DNA of 64,000 nt. Source: Schmidtea polychroa. Lineage: Eukaryota. Below the pieces are notes generated by a model that was not told the DNA's origin, did no database searches, and worked only from the letters and a program-made list of their open reading frames with translations. Location: contig CM097885.1 in assembly GCA_044892525.1 (NCBI GenBank), forward strand, positions 868,001 through 932,000. The letters run 5' to 3'. Below, piece after piece: positions 24,930 to 37,900 of this stretch (its first letter is position 1; the number at the start of each line of letters is the position of its first letter). The translations under genes were made by a program, and so were the position numbers.

Positions 24930-26280
24930 GTCATCGGGCGAGATTTTTTTCCAATCAACCAGTGTGATTCCATCAAGTCCTGGAGCAGTGTTTTGGAGTT
25001 GTGAGAAGATTTATTATTTAGGATCTTCGTTATCTCCTCTTTAGGTTTTGTTTTATATTTGAATCTTTTAATACAAAGCAGTTCATTTTTAGCCCTGGTT
25101 TTGTTATGGACAATGTCTGCTGGTTTTTTAATTTTCTATTTTTTCCATTTCATTAAGGGCTGTGTCACGGTCCATATTGTCGTTATTTAAATTAGTTATT
25201 AAACCTTTAATAAGTGGGAGGTATTTTTTAATATTATCGTCAGGTATTTTGTAGGTAAAATAGTTTTCCTCAACAGTTCTGATATTTTTTTTGCATAATA
25301 GTAATTTTAGGAATGGTTAGTTTAGTATTCTTTATCAGGCATTGGATGAGGTGGCACACAAAAAAGGCAACTGGGATATTCATATTTTGTGAGTGTAATT
25401 GCGAGTGGTGAAACGATTTTTTGCAGATCAAGAATGGTATTCAGTATGCTATTAGCGAGAGATAAGTGTATGGAGTGGCTATCGTCAAGTAAAGAATCTA
25501 TTATAACAGCTAATTGTCTCCGCTTATCAAGATAAAAGAAAAACCAGTTGTCTTTGCCATTTGACATTGGCATAATAATTTCGTTCCACTCTGCGAAGTC
25601 TTTGAAGGGGAAGGAGGAGAAGAAGGTTTTGTAATTATGCTGGATTAGAAAGTTATCAACATAAGGGTCAACAAACATGGTAGATTTTTTCATGGCGAAA
25701 GAGTAAACGAATGCCTTTATTGTGTGCTGGGACCATCAAGCTGATTCCTCATACACGTTATTTGTGAATAAGCAATCATTTGGTATTTCTCTACTATAGT
25801 TAAAATCAAAACCATTTAGACATTCTTCATCTGATGAAGTTTGTTTCCCTTCCTTTGTGTTTCAAGGTTATCTGCAATCACCTCCTGGGTGTTTACTACA
25901 TTATTCATAATATTATAGTCATAATAATATTGTTAGTATTTGGTGGTATTGGGTGGCGTTGAGCTATATGATTGATAATGCCATCTACTGGGACCCAGCT
26001 CCTACATGCACAGTATATATCGGCATTTTTATCAATAATTCCATTTCTATGTTTTTTTGACATGTGCTCCCATACATATGCCAATGGAGTGTCCCAATTC
26101 CACGTCGTAAAGCATTTTTTGTAGTTCTTATTGTGGCTATTACATGTGAGGTGATTATTTTTGTCGATTTTAATAAATATCATTTTGAGGGTATCTTTAT
26201 CATTTTGTATTTCATGCACATATTGTTCGACATGTCTGTAAATGTCTTTGTGCTTCCCTGTTAGGGGAATAATAGCTGCT
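24930..26280 (-). pseudogene. NeSL-like fragment: zinc fingers, Ulp1-like domain, RT domain 0
   Basis: FFSSFPFKDFAEWNEIIMP..NWFFF..IID; TAPGLDGITLVDWKKISPD. Confidence 0.8.
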
Positions 26281-26639
26281 TTTACCTTTTTATCAAATGA
26301 ATTACTTCTCTACAAAATTCTTTAGATATTGGGTAAAATTAGTGTCAAAGTTATTTATCAGCATATGCATTGACAATACAGATAATGTAAATACAAATTA
26401 TGAATATATTAATAATATTTATCATTTAATAACAAAATTACGGTTTATGAAGTAGGGGGATTTCGATGGTTTGGCTAACGAAGCAAACCGGGTAGTTTCT
26501 AAAAGGGCAGAATTGATAGAGGCGTAAGAGTATACCTAGTATGCTAGTATACCTATGTTCATGTTATTAAAGATGAAAGGGTGACTGATGAGGATGTTGG
26601 CATTACGTATGATATTATTACATATAGGCAGTATTAGTT

Positions 26640-27710
26640 GGTAGTCAGGAGAAATTTTTCTCCAATTAGCAAGGGTAATCAAATCCATTCCTGGAGCAGT
26701 ATTGTCCAGTTGTTTGAAAATATATTTAATTTCGTCAATATCGAATGGGGTAGATGAGTGGTTCTCAGGATAATTTGGAATATATTTAATTGATTCAGGA
26801 TGACAATTAGCTATTTCACCATAATGGGCTTTTGAAAATTAACCTCGTTGTTTAAAATTCTCGCAATCTCCTCCTTGGGGTTAAACTTGTACCTATTTCT
26901 TTTTATCATGACTAATTCATTATTATTTTTTTTTATGGACTATATCTGCTGGTTTTTAATTAAATATTTTTTCTCATTAATATTAGCGTTTATTTTTTCT
27001 ATTTCTCCTAGTACATTATCACAGTCGGTTGCGTCTATATTAAGATCAATTATAAGACTACTGATAAATGTCCGATATTTTCGTACATCATCAGTAGGCA
27101 GTCTAGTATTACATAATTTTGTCAATATTACCTTTAATTCTCTCAATCATATTCGGAATATTGGGAGAAGTTAATTTTCTATTTAATATTAGACATTCAG
27201 TCATGTGGCACACAAAGAAGGCTGATTCATCTGGACTAATACATCGTGGATATTGGATTTGCTCTAGTTTAATTTCAACTGGCGTAACGATTTTTTGCAA
27301 GTCAAGGATAGTGGTGAGGACGTTATTACCAAGAGCGTTGTAAGACGAGTAAGAATCATTAACTGTAGGATCTATTATAAGAGCGAGTTTACGGCGTTTG
27401 TCAAGAAAGAACAAAAACCAGTTGTTTTTACCATTATACCTTGGCATGACAATCTCATTCCATTCTGCGAAGTCTCTAAAAGGAAAGGATTCGAAGAAAG
27501 TACGGAAGTTGTGCTGGATTAGCGAGTTACCTATTTATGGATCGACGAAGATGGTGGAGTTTCTTATTGCGAATGAGAAGATGAAAGCCTTGATTGTGTG
27601 CTGGGACCATCATGTTGATTCTTTTTCCAAATTAATTGAAAAAAGAATGGTATCCGGGATTTCTTTACCTATAACTTCATTATTATTTGGTGTTAGGTTA
27701 GATAATTAGT
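26640..27710 (-). pseudogene. NeSL-like fragment: Ulp1-like domain to RT domain 0
   Basis: NNWFLFFLDK..IIDP..DESAFFVCH; DNTAPGMD..ITLANWRKISPD. Confidence 0.8.
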
Positions 27711-28336
27711 TGCAAGAATATTTTTAAAAAAATCTCTATTCCCATTGCTATTTCCCTCACCTACCTCGTTATTGAGTTCAATTAGGTTATTTAAATGAAA
27801 ATCATTTATATGGTTTTTTCTGCCCAGTGCTCTTGAATGCTATATAGAGGGAATTCTGCTAAGCACTGGTAAACGGCGGGATTCTCGAATATCTTGTCAA
27901 AAATTTTAATTGGTATCATATCGTTCTCGGCCAATAAGCTTATCCTCTCATCCCTGCACTCTTCAATACGTCTAAGTCTATCACGCTTCACAAATAGTAC
28001 CTCTGCCAACAGAGCTGGCACACCCAGCCCCCCATTTTTAATTTTACTATTTATAAATGATGAACAAGTATTGGTTGGCAGGTGTAACCATTTGCGAACC
28101 TATATCATTCCTACGATTTAAGTTTGCAATAGATCCTGAAGTTGGCTAGATTTTTAAAATATCATTTTTTTTAATTTCATGAGTAAATTCTTTATTATAA
28201 TCAAGATTTAATTTATTTTTTTCTTGAATTTTAAGATTTATATTATTCATTTTTATATATAAAAGTTGATAAAAATAAAAGTTGAAAAATAAAAATAAAA
28301 ATAAAAGGGAATTCAATAAAAAAATAATTTATAAAA

Positions 28337-28558
28337 ATGATTGACTTTATTGAAAGAATGAGAAATGAATTGAATGAAGTTAAACTTAAGAGAATAAAAA
28401 GAAGAGAAGAAGAACCATTAGAATACATTAAAGAGTTGGTGGTAGAGAATGAAAAGTATCGACATTTTTACATGAATGCAGTAGAAGTAGCTGAGAAAAG
28501 ATTAGATAAAATAAAACAATTACAGGAAAGAATAAAAGAACTTGAATCGATTATTTAA
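28337..28558 (+). CDS. Small coiled-coil-like hypothetical protein (73 aa)
   Basis: AAAATG start, E/K-rich helical composition, clean frame in AT-rich surroundings. Confidence 0.5.
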   Translation: MIDFIERMRNELNEVKLKRIKRREEEPLEYIKELVVENEKYRHFYMNAVEVAEKRLDKIKQLQERIKELESII

Positions 28559-28577
28559 AAAAATGATAAAAAATCCA

Positions 28578-28661
28578 AACCTTGATGGCGCAGTGGGCTA
28601 GACTGACACAGTGGTTCAAAATGCTAGCGGTTCAAATCACATCTGAGGTTAGTTTTTTTTT
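28578..28661 (+). ncRNA. tRNA-like / Pol III type-2 unit (degenerate)
   Basis: A box TGGCGCAGTGG, B box GGTTCAAATC, terminal pairing AACCTT/GAGGTT, T9 terminator. The cloverleaf is imperfect. Confidence 0.55.
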
Positions 28662-29404
28662 CAACATAAAATAATATTAAAAATTTGAAAATAATATTGA
28701 AAATAGTGTGGGTATCTTATATTTATAAAGTACTTGTATATTTTATTTTATTTATTTTATTTTATTTTATTTTTTTATTAATTAATTATTTTTTAAACAT
28801 AAATATGAAAAAAAAAATATTGAAACGGGTGATGGTGGCGAACCGGTAATTATCGCCACCTGTCTTTCGAACACCCCCGGATCGATTCTTTAATGTGCAC
28901 ATTTATTTCTCAGTTGTTTTCGGACCTCTTTCGAATTCGCTTTCGAATTCATTTGTACTTTCGAGCAGCACACTTAAAACGCCGATGAAATCGTATTCGA
29001 GCGAGAAGCGAATAATAAGGTGTGCTGCTAAAAAAATGATCCGGATCAAAAAAAACTGTTGAGAGGACAGTGAAAAAAAAAAAAAAATACCACTGTCCCC
29101 TCAGAGCAGTTTTACTATTTTTCATTTATTTTTTAATTTATATAATTTAAAATCAATAATCTGATAAAGATCAAATAGCCCTCTAACTTTTTCATAATGC
29201 CATTTTCTTTTCTATTCTCTTTTTAGTTTGAAGCTTTTGAGTTTGAAGCTTTAAAGATTAAAACAGTTAGAGTCATTAAGGGTGGTTGTTTTCAAAATAT
29301 AGGGTTAAAATACTATAAAAGTATAAGTTGTTTTTCTAATAGCTTAAGTGATTTGGAGGCATGTTTTGTTGGGAGGGCTGTTTTGGTTGGGTATATAAAC
29401 ACAC

Positions 29405-29860
29405 TACTTTTATTTTATGATAATTACTAATTAAAATTTTATTCAAATTGAAATATTATTGTTACAATTTACACTCTTGTTAGAATATATTAAATGTAAA
29501 TGTAAAATAATAACAATAAAAAAAAATAATAATAATAAATAAAAAAATTAAATAAAAAAATTTAAATTAAAAAAAATAATAATAATTAGTTAAATAATTA
29601 ATTAAAAATTAATTAAAAATTAAATAAAAAAAATCATTTAAATAACGTAAGTAATTAAAATAAAATATTAATAATTAATTAATTAATTAAATGTAATAAA
29701 TTGAAAATTAACTAAAGTAATTAATTAAAACAAAAAACATAATAAAATAATTACTTAATAAATTTAAAAAAAAATTAAATAAAATGATTCGATTGACCTA
29801 TATTTGATCTGGACATTGGGATGACTTGAAAGTGTTCTGGAGTCCTCACTATATACTACA
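29405..29860 (+). repeat. Polinton-like TIR (right orientation) fused to the middle of pPolB
   Basis: Ends GGAGTCCTCACTATATACTAC; paralog of 30860-31300. Confidence 0.8.
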
Positions 29861-30680
29861 ACAGTTTATACGGTAAAACTGTGGAAAACTTGAAGAAACG
29901 TATAACTTTGAGATTATGCAACAAAAGCAAAAGATTGATAACTTATTGTAGTCATCCTATGATTCGTCGTAGCATCAAGATTGCGGATGATCTCATTGCT
30001 GTTATACTCAATAAGGAAATTGTGTGTTTAGATAGACCAATGTATATTGGACAAATCGTACTTGATTTATCCAAACTTCGCATGTACCAATTTCAATATA
30101 AAGAGCTACTGAGTTATAGAGAAGAATTCAATTGTCAAATTAATATCGTAGCCGGTGACACAGATTCCTTCTTTTTAAAGTGTAAAAATGTTGATTTACG
30201 CTTACAACTGTATCCAAAAACGATTGAAGATGGGATCTTAGATACTTCAAATTATGCAGTGACCGATCCGTTGTTCTCTGATGAAATTTGTTCTGTAATC
30301 GGGAAAGTTAAGGATGAGAATAAAGGAAATCAATATAAAGAATGGGTGTTTCTTCGACCCAAGTGCTACTCACTCCAAGGCGATAAAAACACTCTAAAAG
30401 CCAAAGGAATAAGACTTACAAACTCTAATCTTACACATGAAGCCTATAAAAAGTGTATACTGATGGTGGAACAGTGAGCATCCCACAAAAAAGAATAGGA
30501 AGTGTCAATCATCAGTTGTATACTTTCATGACAGAAAAACGAGCTCTCCAATGTTTGGACGATAAAAGGTATTGGTACAATTGTAATGAAAGCTATGCCT
30601 ACGGTCACTATAAGATTCGTCAAATGCATATTGCAACTGCTATGTCTAGAAATGAATGCAAATCGAAACAAGGACTTTAA
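29861..30680 (+). pseudogene. pPolB subfamily C, C-terminal part (motif B to stop), one frameshift
   Basis: NSLYGKTVEN, AGDTDSFF, LRPKCY, KAKG, DDKR. Confidence 0.9.
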
Positions 30681-30859
30681 CAATTAAATTTATGTGAATA
30701 ATAAAATATATATTGTGAATTATTTGACTTCGTTAATTAAAATATGTTTTATCATTTAATAATTCATTTGTCCAATTAATTTAGATAATTAGTTTTAAGT
30801 AAGAATTATTATTTATCATGAAAAACTTTGCTTTGTTTTGAAAAATTAATGCCCATTTT

Positions 30860-31300
30860 ATTTTAAATTAACACAGCTTTATTTTATGATTATTACTAAT
30901 TAAAATTTTATTCAAATTGAAATATTATTGTTACAATTTACACTCTTGTTAGAATATATTAAATGTAAATGTAAAATAATAACAATAAAAAAAAATAATA
31001 ATAATAATAAATAAATAAAAATTAAATTAAAAAAAAATTAATTAAATAACGTAAGTAATTAAAATAAAATATTAATAAATAATTAATTAATTAAATGTAA
31101 TAAATTGAAAATTAACTAAAGTAATTAATTAAAACAAAAAACATAATAAAATAATTAATTAATAAATTTAAAAAAAAATTAAATAGAAAAAATTAAATAA
31201 ATTTAAAAAAAAATAAATAGAAATGATTCTATTGACCTATATTTGATCTGGACATTGGGATGACCTTGAAAGTGTCCTGGAGTCCTCACTATATACTACT
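30860..31300 (+). repeat. Polinton-like right TIR ending ...ACTATATACTACT
   Basis: The reverse complement starts AGTAGT, the typical Polinton terminal microsatellite; recurs at 51779 and 55956. Confidence 0.8.
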
Positions 31301-33416
31301 AATTATAATCATAATTTTCTTTAATTTAACCCTTTATTTACTTAATTTAGCCCTTGTTTACCGAATATAGAAGTTTAAAATATAGACCATTGATTACTTT
31401 AATTTAAAAATGTATCCCTTAATATACATAATTTCCATCTAAAATTATTTCAAAAAAATTTTTTTTCTAAAATTGTCATTGAAAAATTTTCATAAAAGTT
31501 TTCATTTAAAATTTTCATTGAAAAATATTTCATAAAAATTTTTTTTAAAAATTATCTTAAAAATTATTCCATAAAAATTTCCATCTAAAATTACTTAAAA
31601 AATTATTTCATAAAAATTTTCATTAAAAAATTTCAATTCTCAAACACCTTCTATTATTTTGTTAATAATTTTAAAATACCGCAATGTAATATATTAATTT
31701 TTTCCTAACCTTCCTTGATTTTGATTGGTTAGAATTTGTTCCTATAAACAATAATAATCTATAAACAATAATAATCTATAAACAATAATCAATCATTAGT
31801 CACATTTAACAAATAATTAACCTTTAAAAATGAGTTCTTTAATAGAAAACGTTATGAATGTTCGAGAAAAAATTCAGGAATTTGGTAAATTTTAATTTAT
31901 TTATTAATTAATTTATTAATTAATTTAGATAATATTAATGAAGACAATTTAAAATCGAAGATTAAAGGAAATTTGAAAAGAAAAAGTAAACATAATTTTT
32001 AATTTATTAATTTAATTAATTAATAATTTAGGTAATAAGAATAAAGAGAAAAAATATGTCAATGTTTCAATAAATCGAAATGAAAATTTACAATGTAAGT
32101 ATTGATTACTTTTTATAATTTAAAGGAAATTTAATATAATTTTTTATTTAAGTAAATGTTAATATTTTTAATTTAGTAAATTTTTATTTTTTAGTAAATA
32201 AAATTTGTAAAATAATAATAATTTGCAAATTTTTGCTTAAACATTTATTAAAATCTTTCATTTAAATTATATATTTTTAATAAATTTTTATTTTATAGGT
32301 ATACTTTATCCAAATTATTGTTCATCGAAAAAACATAATAATAATTGCCATTCTATAATGGAGAATTATTACACGAAAAAATATTATAATAAAACTTATT
32401 TTATATGTCCCGTATGTAAGACTAGTGACCCTGTAACATGTTGCGTTTTTTATAATAAACATAAAAATCATTTAGATAGGTTTAATTTTAAAAAAGATAG
32501 TGTTTTTAAAAGACCCTCAACTATAGAAAAAAATATAACAAATAAAAATATTAAATTAGATACTTCTTTTGAATCCCAGGTCGGATTAGAGGTTGAATCC
32601 CAGGCTGGCTTGTCTTTTGTTGAATTCCAGGTCGGATTGTCTTTTGTTGAATCCAATGATGGATTATTCACTTCCTTTGATTCTTGGGATGGATTAAATA
32701 TAATACAAATAGGTGGAAATGTATCGACAGTACAAAGAGATTTAAGAGGTACCCATCAAATATTAAGTTTAAATACTAGCGACTTAAATATAAAAGAAAT
32801 AATATTTCCTGAACAACTAATAATAAAATTACGAGATATTATTAACGAATTAGGATCCGTCAAAATTCAATTCGGAATAACAATCGAATTTGAAAAAGAC
32901 GGGTAAATAAAGGTTAATAATATCTCCAATTACGCAAAACCTTTACCTGCATCATTTTTTGATCAAGGCATTAAGGAACTAAATGAGAAAATAACTAATA
33001 TTACAAAGTTAGGAAGCAATTGGATTATAAAAAATATAACAGAAATCCACTTCACTATAACAAAAATAAGTAGGTTAAGTAGATTAAGTGGTAGGAGTTT
33101 CATTGAAACACCTACTTATCTAAAAAATAAATATCGTTTAATTAATATAAAAAACACTGATGATTCATGTTTTTTATATAGCATTTTAGCTATTTTAAAA
33201 TATGATGAAGTTAGTAGTTATGCTAGAAATAGGACATCGAGTTATAATTTATCCGACTTAGTATATAACCCGTTAGAATTACTTATGAAATTAAAAGACA
33301 TTAGGAAATTTGAATCTAAAAATTCGGGTTTAATAATTAATGTTTTTTCATATGATACTAGCAAACAATTAACTGATAATTATGTATTAAAACATCCACA
33401 TTTAGATATTATACAT

Positions 33417-35691
33417 CAGGGGTGCCCACTAATTTTTCTAGGAGTGCTACATTCACACCCAAAATGTGTATGCGATCTACTTTTTCAATACTTACATAAT
33501 ATTTACCTACAATGCAATAAATTCATCACAATAGAACAAATATATGTCAAAATATGGAAAATTAAACTATGTAACTATTTATTATAAAAAAATGTAACTT
33601 AGGAAATCAAATTTAATGAAAATTATTGTTATATAGAACTTTTCGATGTTGATGCTCTACATTGGGTTGAATCCACTAGATTTTTGTAGTTTGGGATATA
33701 AGTGCTAAGACAACTTCTTAGGCTGGATTCCAAATGGTCATCTGTTAATGTTGCTCGGTACTTTGACTTAATAGTTTTCATATGTGAAAATGCAGACTCA
33801 CATAAATAAGTTGAACCAAAAGATGATAATAAATTTTCGAAGCATTTTTTCAAGTTTGAATATTTATCCTCTGATAGATATTTCCATACATTTGGTTCGG
33901 AAGATCTTGATTTAATGAAGATATCATTTTGAAGTGTGACTATTTCCATATCAAGTATAGGGATATCCATTTTAAACAAAGTTGAAATTGAATCTGCAAC
34001 AATTTCTGGCTTTATTTTTGGAATAAACGGAAAGGACATAAATGCAGCCACAATTTCAAGTTTCTTGAAGTCTTGAAAACGTCTCTCGAACTCTAAAACC
34101 AAAATTTTGATCTGTTCGGCATATCTCGTAATATTAAAGTTGACATTTTCAGATTCTTTTAATTGTGACAACATATTTGGAAAATAACTTAAATTTTTGT
34201 CTTTTATTTTGATAATAAGTAAATGAAGCTTTTGTATAAATGCAATGATTGAACTTATCATATCGAATATCAATTTATCCTTACGATGTAAGTCGAGATT
34301 TAATTCATTCAGAATTGCAGTAATATCTACTAAAAATGCCAAATCCAAGAGCCAAACATCATCTTCCAATTGCTTGAACTCATCACCTCTTGCGGCAAGG
34401 AACAACTTAATCTCAGAAAGCAAATCTCTAAATCTTTGTAAGAATTTTCCTCTACTTAGCCACTTTACATCTGAATGCATCAGTAATTCAGCAGGACCTT
34501 CGCTATTACTTTCTTCAATTTGTAATTTGAAAAGTCGTCTCTGAAGACTTCTTGCACGAATCGAGTTAGCAATTTTGAATGTTATTTCCATAATATCTCT
34601 CATATTCAGAATTTTAGCACACAAGGCTTGTTGATGAATAATACAGTTGTAGGAAAGAAAATCTGGGAATTCACAATCATTCCTACAATATGCTATAAAT
34701 CCGTTGTGACGCCCTGTCATAGCTGGTGCGCCATCTGTTGTTATTGATACAAGCTTACAAATTTGGAGCTGAATGCTGTTGGCATAAGCTTTAAAATTCT
34801 GAAATATATCCTCACCTCGAGTTGTACTTTTGAGTGGTATAATTGTTAATAATTCTTCCTTCGTAGAAAAATCTTTAAAGACCATTCGAATAAAAATTAT
34901 AAGCAGCGAAATATCAGCCGCATCAGTTGATTCGTCTGCTTGCAATGAAAATGCAGTACAATTTCCTATGTCTAACATTAACTGATATTTTAAATTGGTA
35001 CTTATTTCTTGGACTCTTCGTGTAACTGTATTACGGGACAATTGCATATCAGTAATAGCAGAAATTATATCTGATTTATTTTTAAAATCACAAAATAATG
35101 ATTCTGCCGCTTCTAAAAATGCTTCTTTTACAATTACTCCATCACTAAAAGATTTCTTATTTTTTGCCAGAATGTAGCTTACTCGGAAAGATGCAGCTGT
35201 AGCTGACTTTGATTTGGATGCTAGCGTCGTAAAAAATAACTGTTGAAAAAAAATGCATGTTTTCAGTTCCATGATTTTAGACTTGCGTAGTTCACTGTCA
35301 AGTGGATAATCAACTGCAAAATTCTTATGAATTGTCTTGAAATGCCTTTCCAAATTCCCTCTTTTTGGTAATGAAATAGTAGCTTTACAAATTAAGCAAC
35401 AACATTTACCTTTAATCATTACAAAAAAGTACTCCTTCTCCATTTCTTCGCTATAATGATAAGTCTTGGCTTTTCTATTTAGCATTTTTTATTTAGCATT
35501 TTTTATTTAGCATTTTTAAACAAAATTAATTTAACAATAAAGCTTAAGAAAATTTTTCACTTTGTTACACAAAAATTTAAGCATAAAACAGAAATTTTAT
35601 ATAAAATCTAAATTTATATAAAAAATATTTAAAAAATATTTATGAAGATCTACTAAAAAATCCTTCGCGATCGAACTTATGGGCACCCCTG
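33417..35691 (-). mobile_element. Complete hAT transposon (Buster/SPIN/GTF2IRD2-like), 2275 bp
   Basis: TIRs CAGGGGTGCCCA/TGGGCACCCCTG; 8-bp TSD TTATACAT (33409-33416 and 35692-35699). Confidence 0.97.
33629..35485 (-). CDS. hAT transposase, 618 aa
   Basis: CLIC..HF..H zinc finger, SLQADESTD, ITTDGAPAM, CIIHQQAL, VKWLS, FGSTYLCESAFS. Confidence 0.95.
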   Translation of the reverse strand: MLNRKAKTYHYSEEMEKEYFFVMIKGKCCCLICKATISLPKRGNLERHFKTIHKNFAVDYPLDSELRKSKIMELKTCIFFQQLFFTTLASKSKSATAASFRVSYILAKNKKSFSDGVIVKEAFLEAAESLFCDFKNKSDIISAITDMQLSRNTVTRRVQEISTNLKYQLMLDIGNCTAFSLQADESTDAADISLLIIFIRMVFKDFSTKEELLTIIPLKSTTRGEDIFQNFKAYANSIQLQICKLVSITTDGAPAMTGRHNGFIAYCRNDCEFPDFLSYNCIIHQQALCAKILNMRDIMEITFKIANSIRARSLQRRLFKLQIEESNSEGPAELLMHSDVKWLSRGKFLQRFRDLLSEIKLFLAARGDEFKQLEDDVWLLDLAFLVDITAILNELNLDLHRKDKLIFDMISSIIAFIQKLHLLIIKIKDKNLSYFPNMLSQLKESENVNFNITRYAEQIKILVLEFERRFQDFKKLEIVAAFMSFPFIPKIKPEIVADSISTLFKMDIPILDMEIVTLQNDIFIKSRSSEPNVWKYLSEDKYSNLKKCFENLLSSFGSTYLCESAFSHMKTIKSKYRATLTDDHLESSLRSCLSTYIPNYKNLVDSTQCRASTSKSSI

Positions 35692-37900
35692 TTATACATC
35701 GTTCCTAAGTTTCAAATGGAACTGTAATTAATTTACTACTATTAAATAAAGGAAACAATTTCCATTACGTTGCTATAAGTAATTTAAATAGGTTACTGAA
35801 TTGTGGTATCAACACTAGTTGTCCTACACGCATACGTTCATTATGGTGCCATCGGTGTTTGAATGGGTTTAGGTATAAACACGCACTGGAAAAACATGAA
35901 ATATTATGTAAACGTAATCAATTAGGAACAACTCTTTACACTTTCCCTCAAAATAAATTATTGCAGTTTACTGACTGGTCGAAAACAGTAACTCCTCCTT
36001 TTGTAGTTGATGCCGATTTTGAGGCTATTTTACCTTCTGATAATGTTCATTTCCAACGACACATGACAATATCTGCTGGTCTTTTACTTGTAAATAACTT
36101 TGACGGATCTAAATCTTATCAACAGTTCATAGGTTTAGATTGCGTCGAGAGTTTTTTAAGTGCTATAGAGGATATAGCATTAAATAAGTTTCTTCCTTTT
36201 TATTATAAAATGGGTAGGAAACCTATGATTAAATTAACGAAAATTGAACAACGTCAATTTGTTAGTGCATCTGTTTTTTATCTTTGTATGAAATCTATCG
36301 TTGATCCTGTTAGAGATCACGATCATTTTACGGGGAAATACTTGGGTGCAGCTTGTAGCACATGTAACAAAAATAAGAAAATAAATAAAATTTTGCCTAT
36401 CGTATTTCACAACTTGAAGGGATACGATATGCATCATATACTTAAATACGGATTAAATAAATTTAAAAATTGGACTTTAGGTTGCATCCCAATAACGACT
36501 GAAAAATTTATTTCTTTGATTGCGCATTTAGGCAAAAGAATTGATTCTTATCAATTCATTGATTCTTATCAATTTGTTAATGATTCTTTAGCTAAAGCAG
36601 TCAAAACTTTGAATTCTTAGCCTTTTACTAATTCTGTTTTTTCTGGCACTATAGTTTCTGAAAAAGGAATCTTCCCTTATAATTTCGCTACATCTTTAGA
36701 TATTCTTCAAACTACTTATGAATTACCACCAATCTGGGAGGGTGTTACTGTGCTTTAGTATGAAAAAGCTCAGGAGATTTGGGTAGAAACTATTTGCCTA
36801 ATTTTATTAGATTATATGATGATCTACTTAAAACTTGATTGTTTTCTTTTGGCTGATTTCTTTCATCAGTTTCGGTTGAAATCTATTGCTCACAATAGAT
36901 TGGAACCATTGAATTATTTCGGAATTCCAGGTATGTCTTGGTCTTCTGCATTAATGTCTTTAAATGAACCAATTGAGCTCATAACTGAAAACGAAATGTT
37001 TAGCTTTTATGAGGGTGGAATAAGAGGCGGTATTACTTTTGTGAATAAGCATTACGTAAAAACCGATAAGAACACCGAGTTACTTTATATAGATATTAAT
37101 AATCTTTATGGTTGGGCTTTAAGTCAATCATTACCTTGTGGTGAATTTAGTTGGGTTCTTGATGGATTTGATTTAATAATGGATGAAAGTAGGAATTTAA
37201 ATCTTGATTCTTTGTCTTATGGATACACTCTTGAAGTTGATCTTGTAATTTCTTCTGAGCTAAATGAGAAGTTGGATGATTTCCCTGAAGCTGCTGAAAT
37301 ATTGGGCATGTAAGATTAAGTGAATTAAATATTGGAGAAAATGTTGGAGAAATTGTTGGAGAAAATGTTGGAGAAATTGTTGGAGATGAATTTGATGAAA
37401 ATGTTGGAGAAGATTTTGGAGAAGATGATATCGATATCGATGACGTTATTTTGTCTGATGAGGACTAATTTTATTAAATAAAAGTTTATATATATACATT
37501 TGTTATTTTTTTGGTAAATATTTATGTTTTTTATGTGTCTAGTTAATGTTTATATGTTTTGTTATGTGTCTAGTTATTTTTATGTGTTTAGTTAATTTTT
37601 TATGTGTTGTATAGTATTTGGTTGATATATTATTATTATTATTTTTATTATTATTTCATAAACATTTCCATTAAAAATTACCATTGAAAAATATTTCATT
37701 AAAATTTCTATTAAAAATTATTCATAAAAAGTTATTTCATAAAAACTTTCATTAAAAAATTTCAATTGTTAATAAATTTAAAAATCTTACTTTAATTTAC
37801 TTATTTAACTTTAATTTTTTACCATTGATTACTTAATTTTAAAATTTGGACCTTAATTAATTTTAATTTAATTTTTTAGAACCTTAATTTAGTTATTTGT

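Larger units (their letters stand above)
31830..37468 (+). pseudogene. pPolB subfamily B, spliced (exons 31830-31884, 31929-31985, 32032-32094, 32299->), interrupted by hAT, with stops and C-terminal deletion
   Basis: Spliced N-terminus MSSLIENV...NLQ-C-ILYPNYC..MENYY is in frame; ORFs 32358, 33285, 35859 and 36816. Confidence 0.88.
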
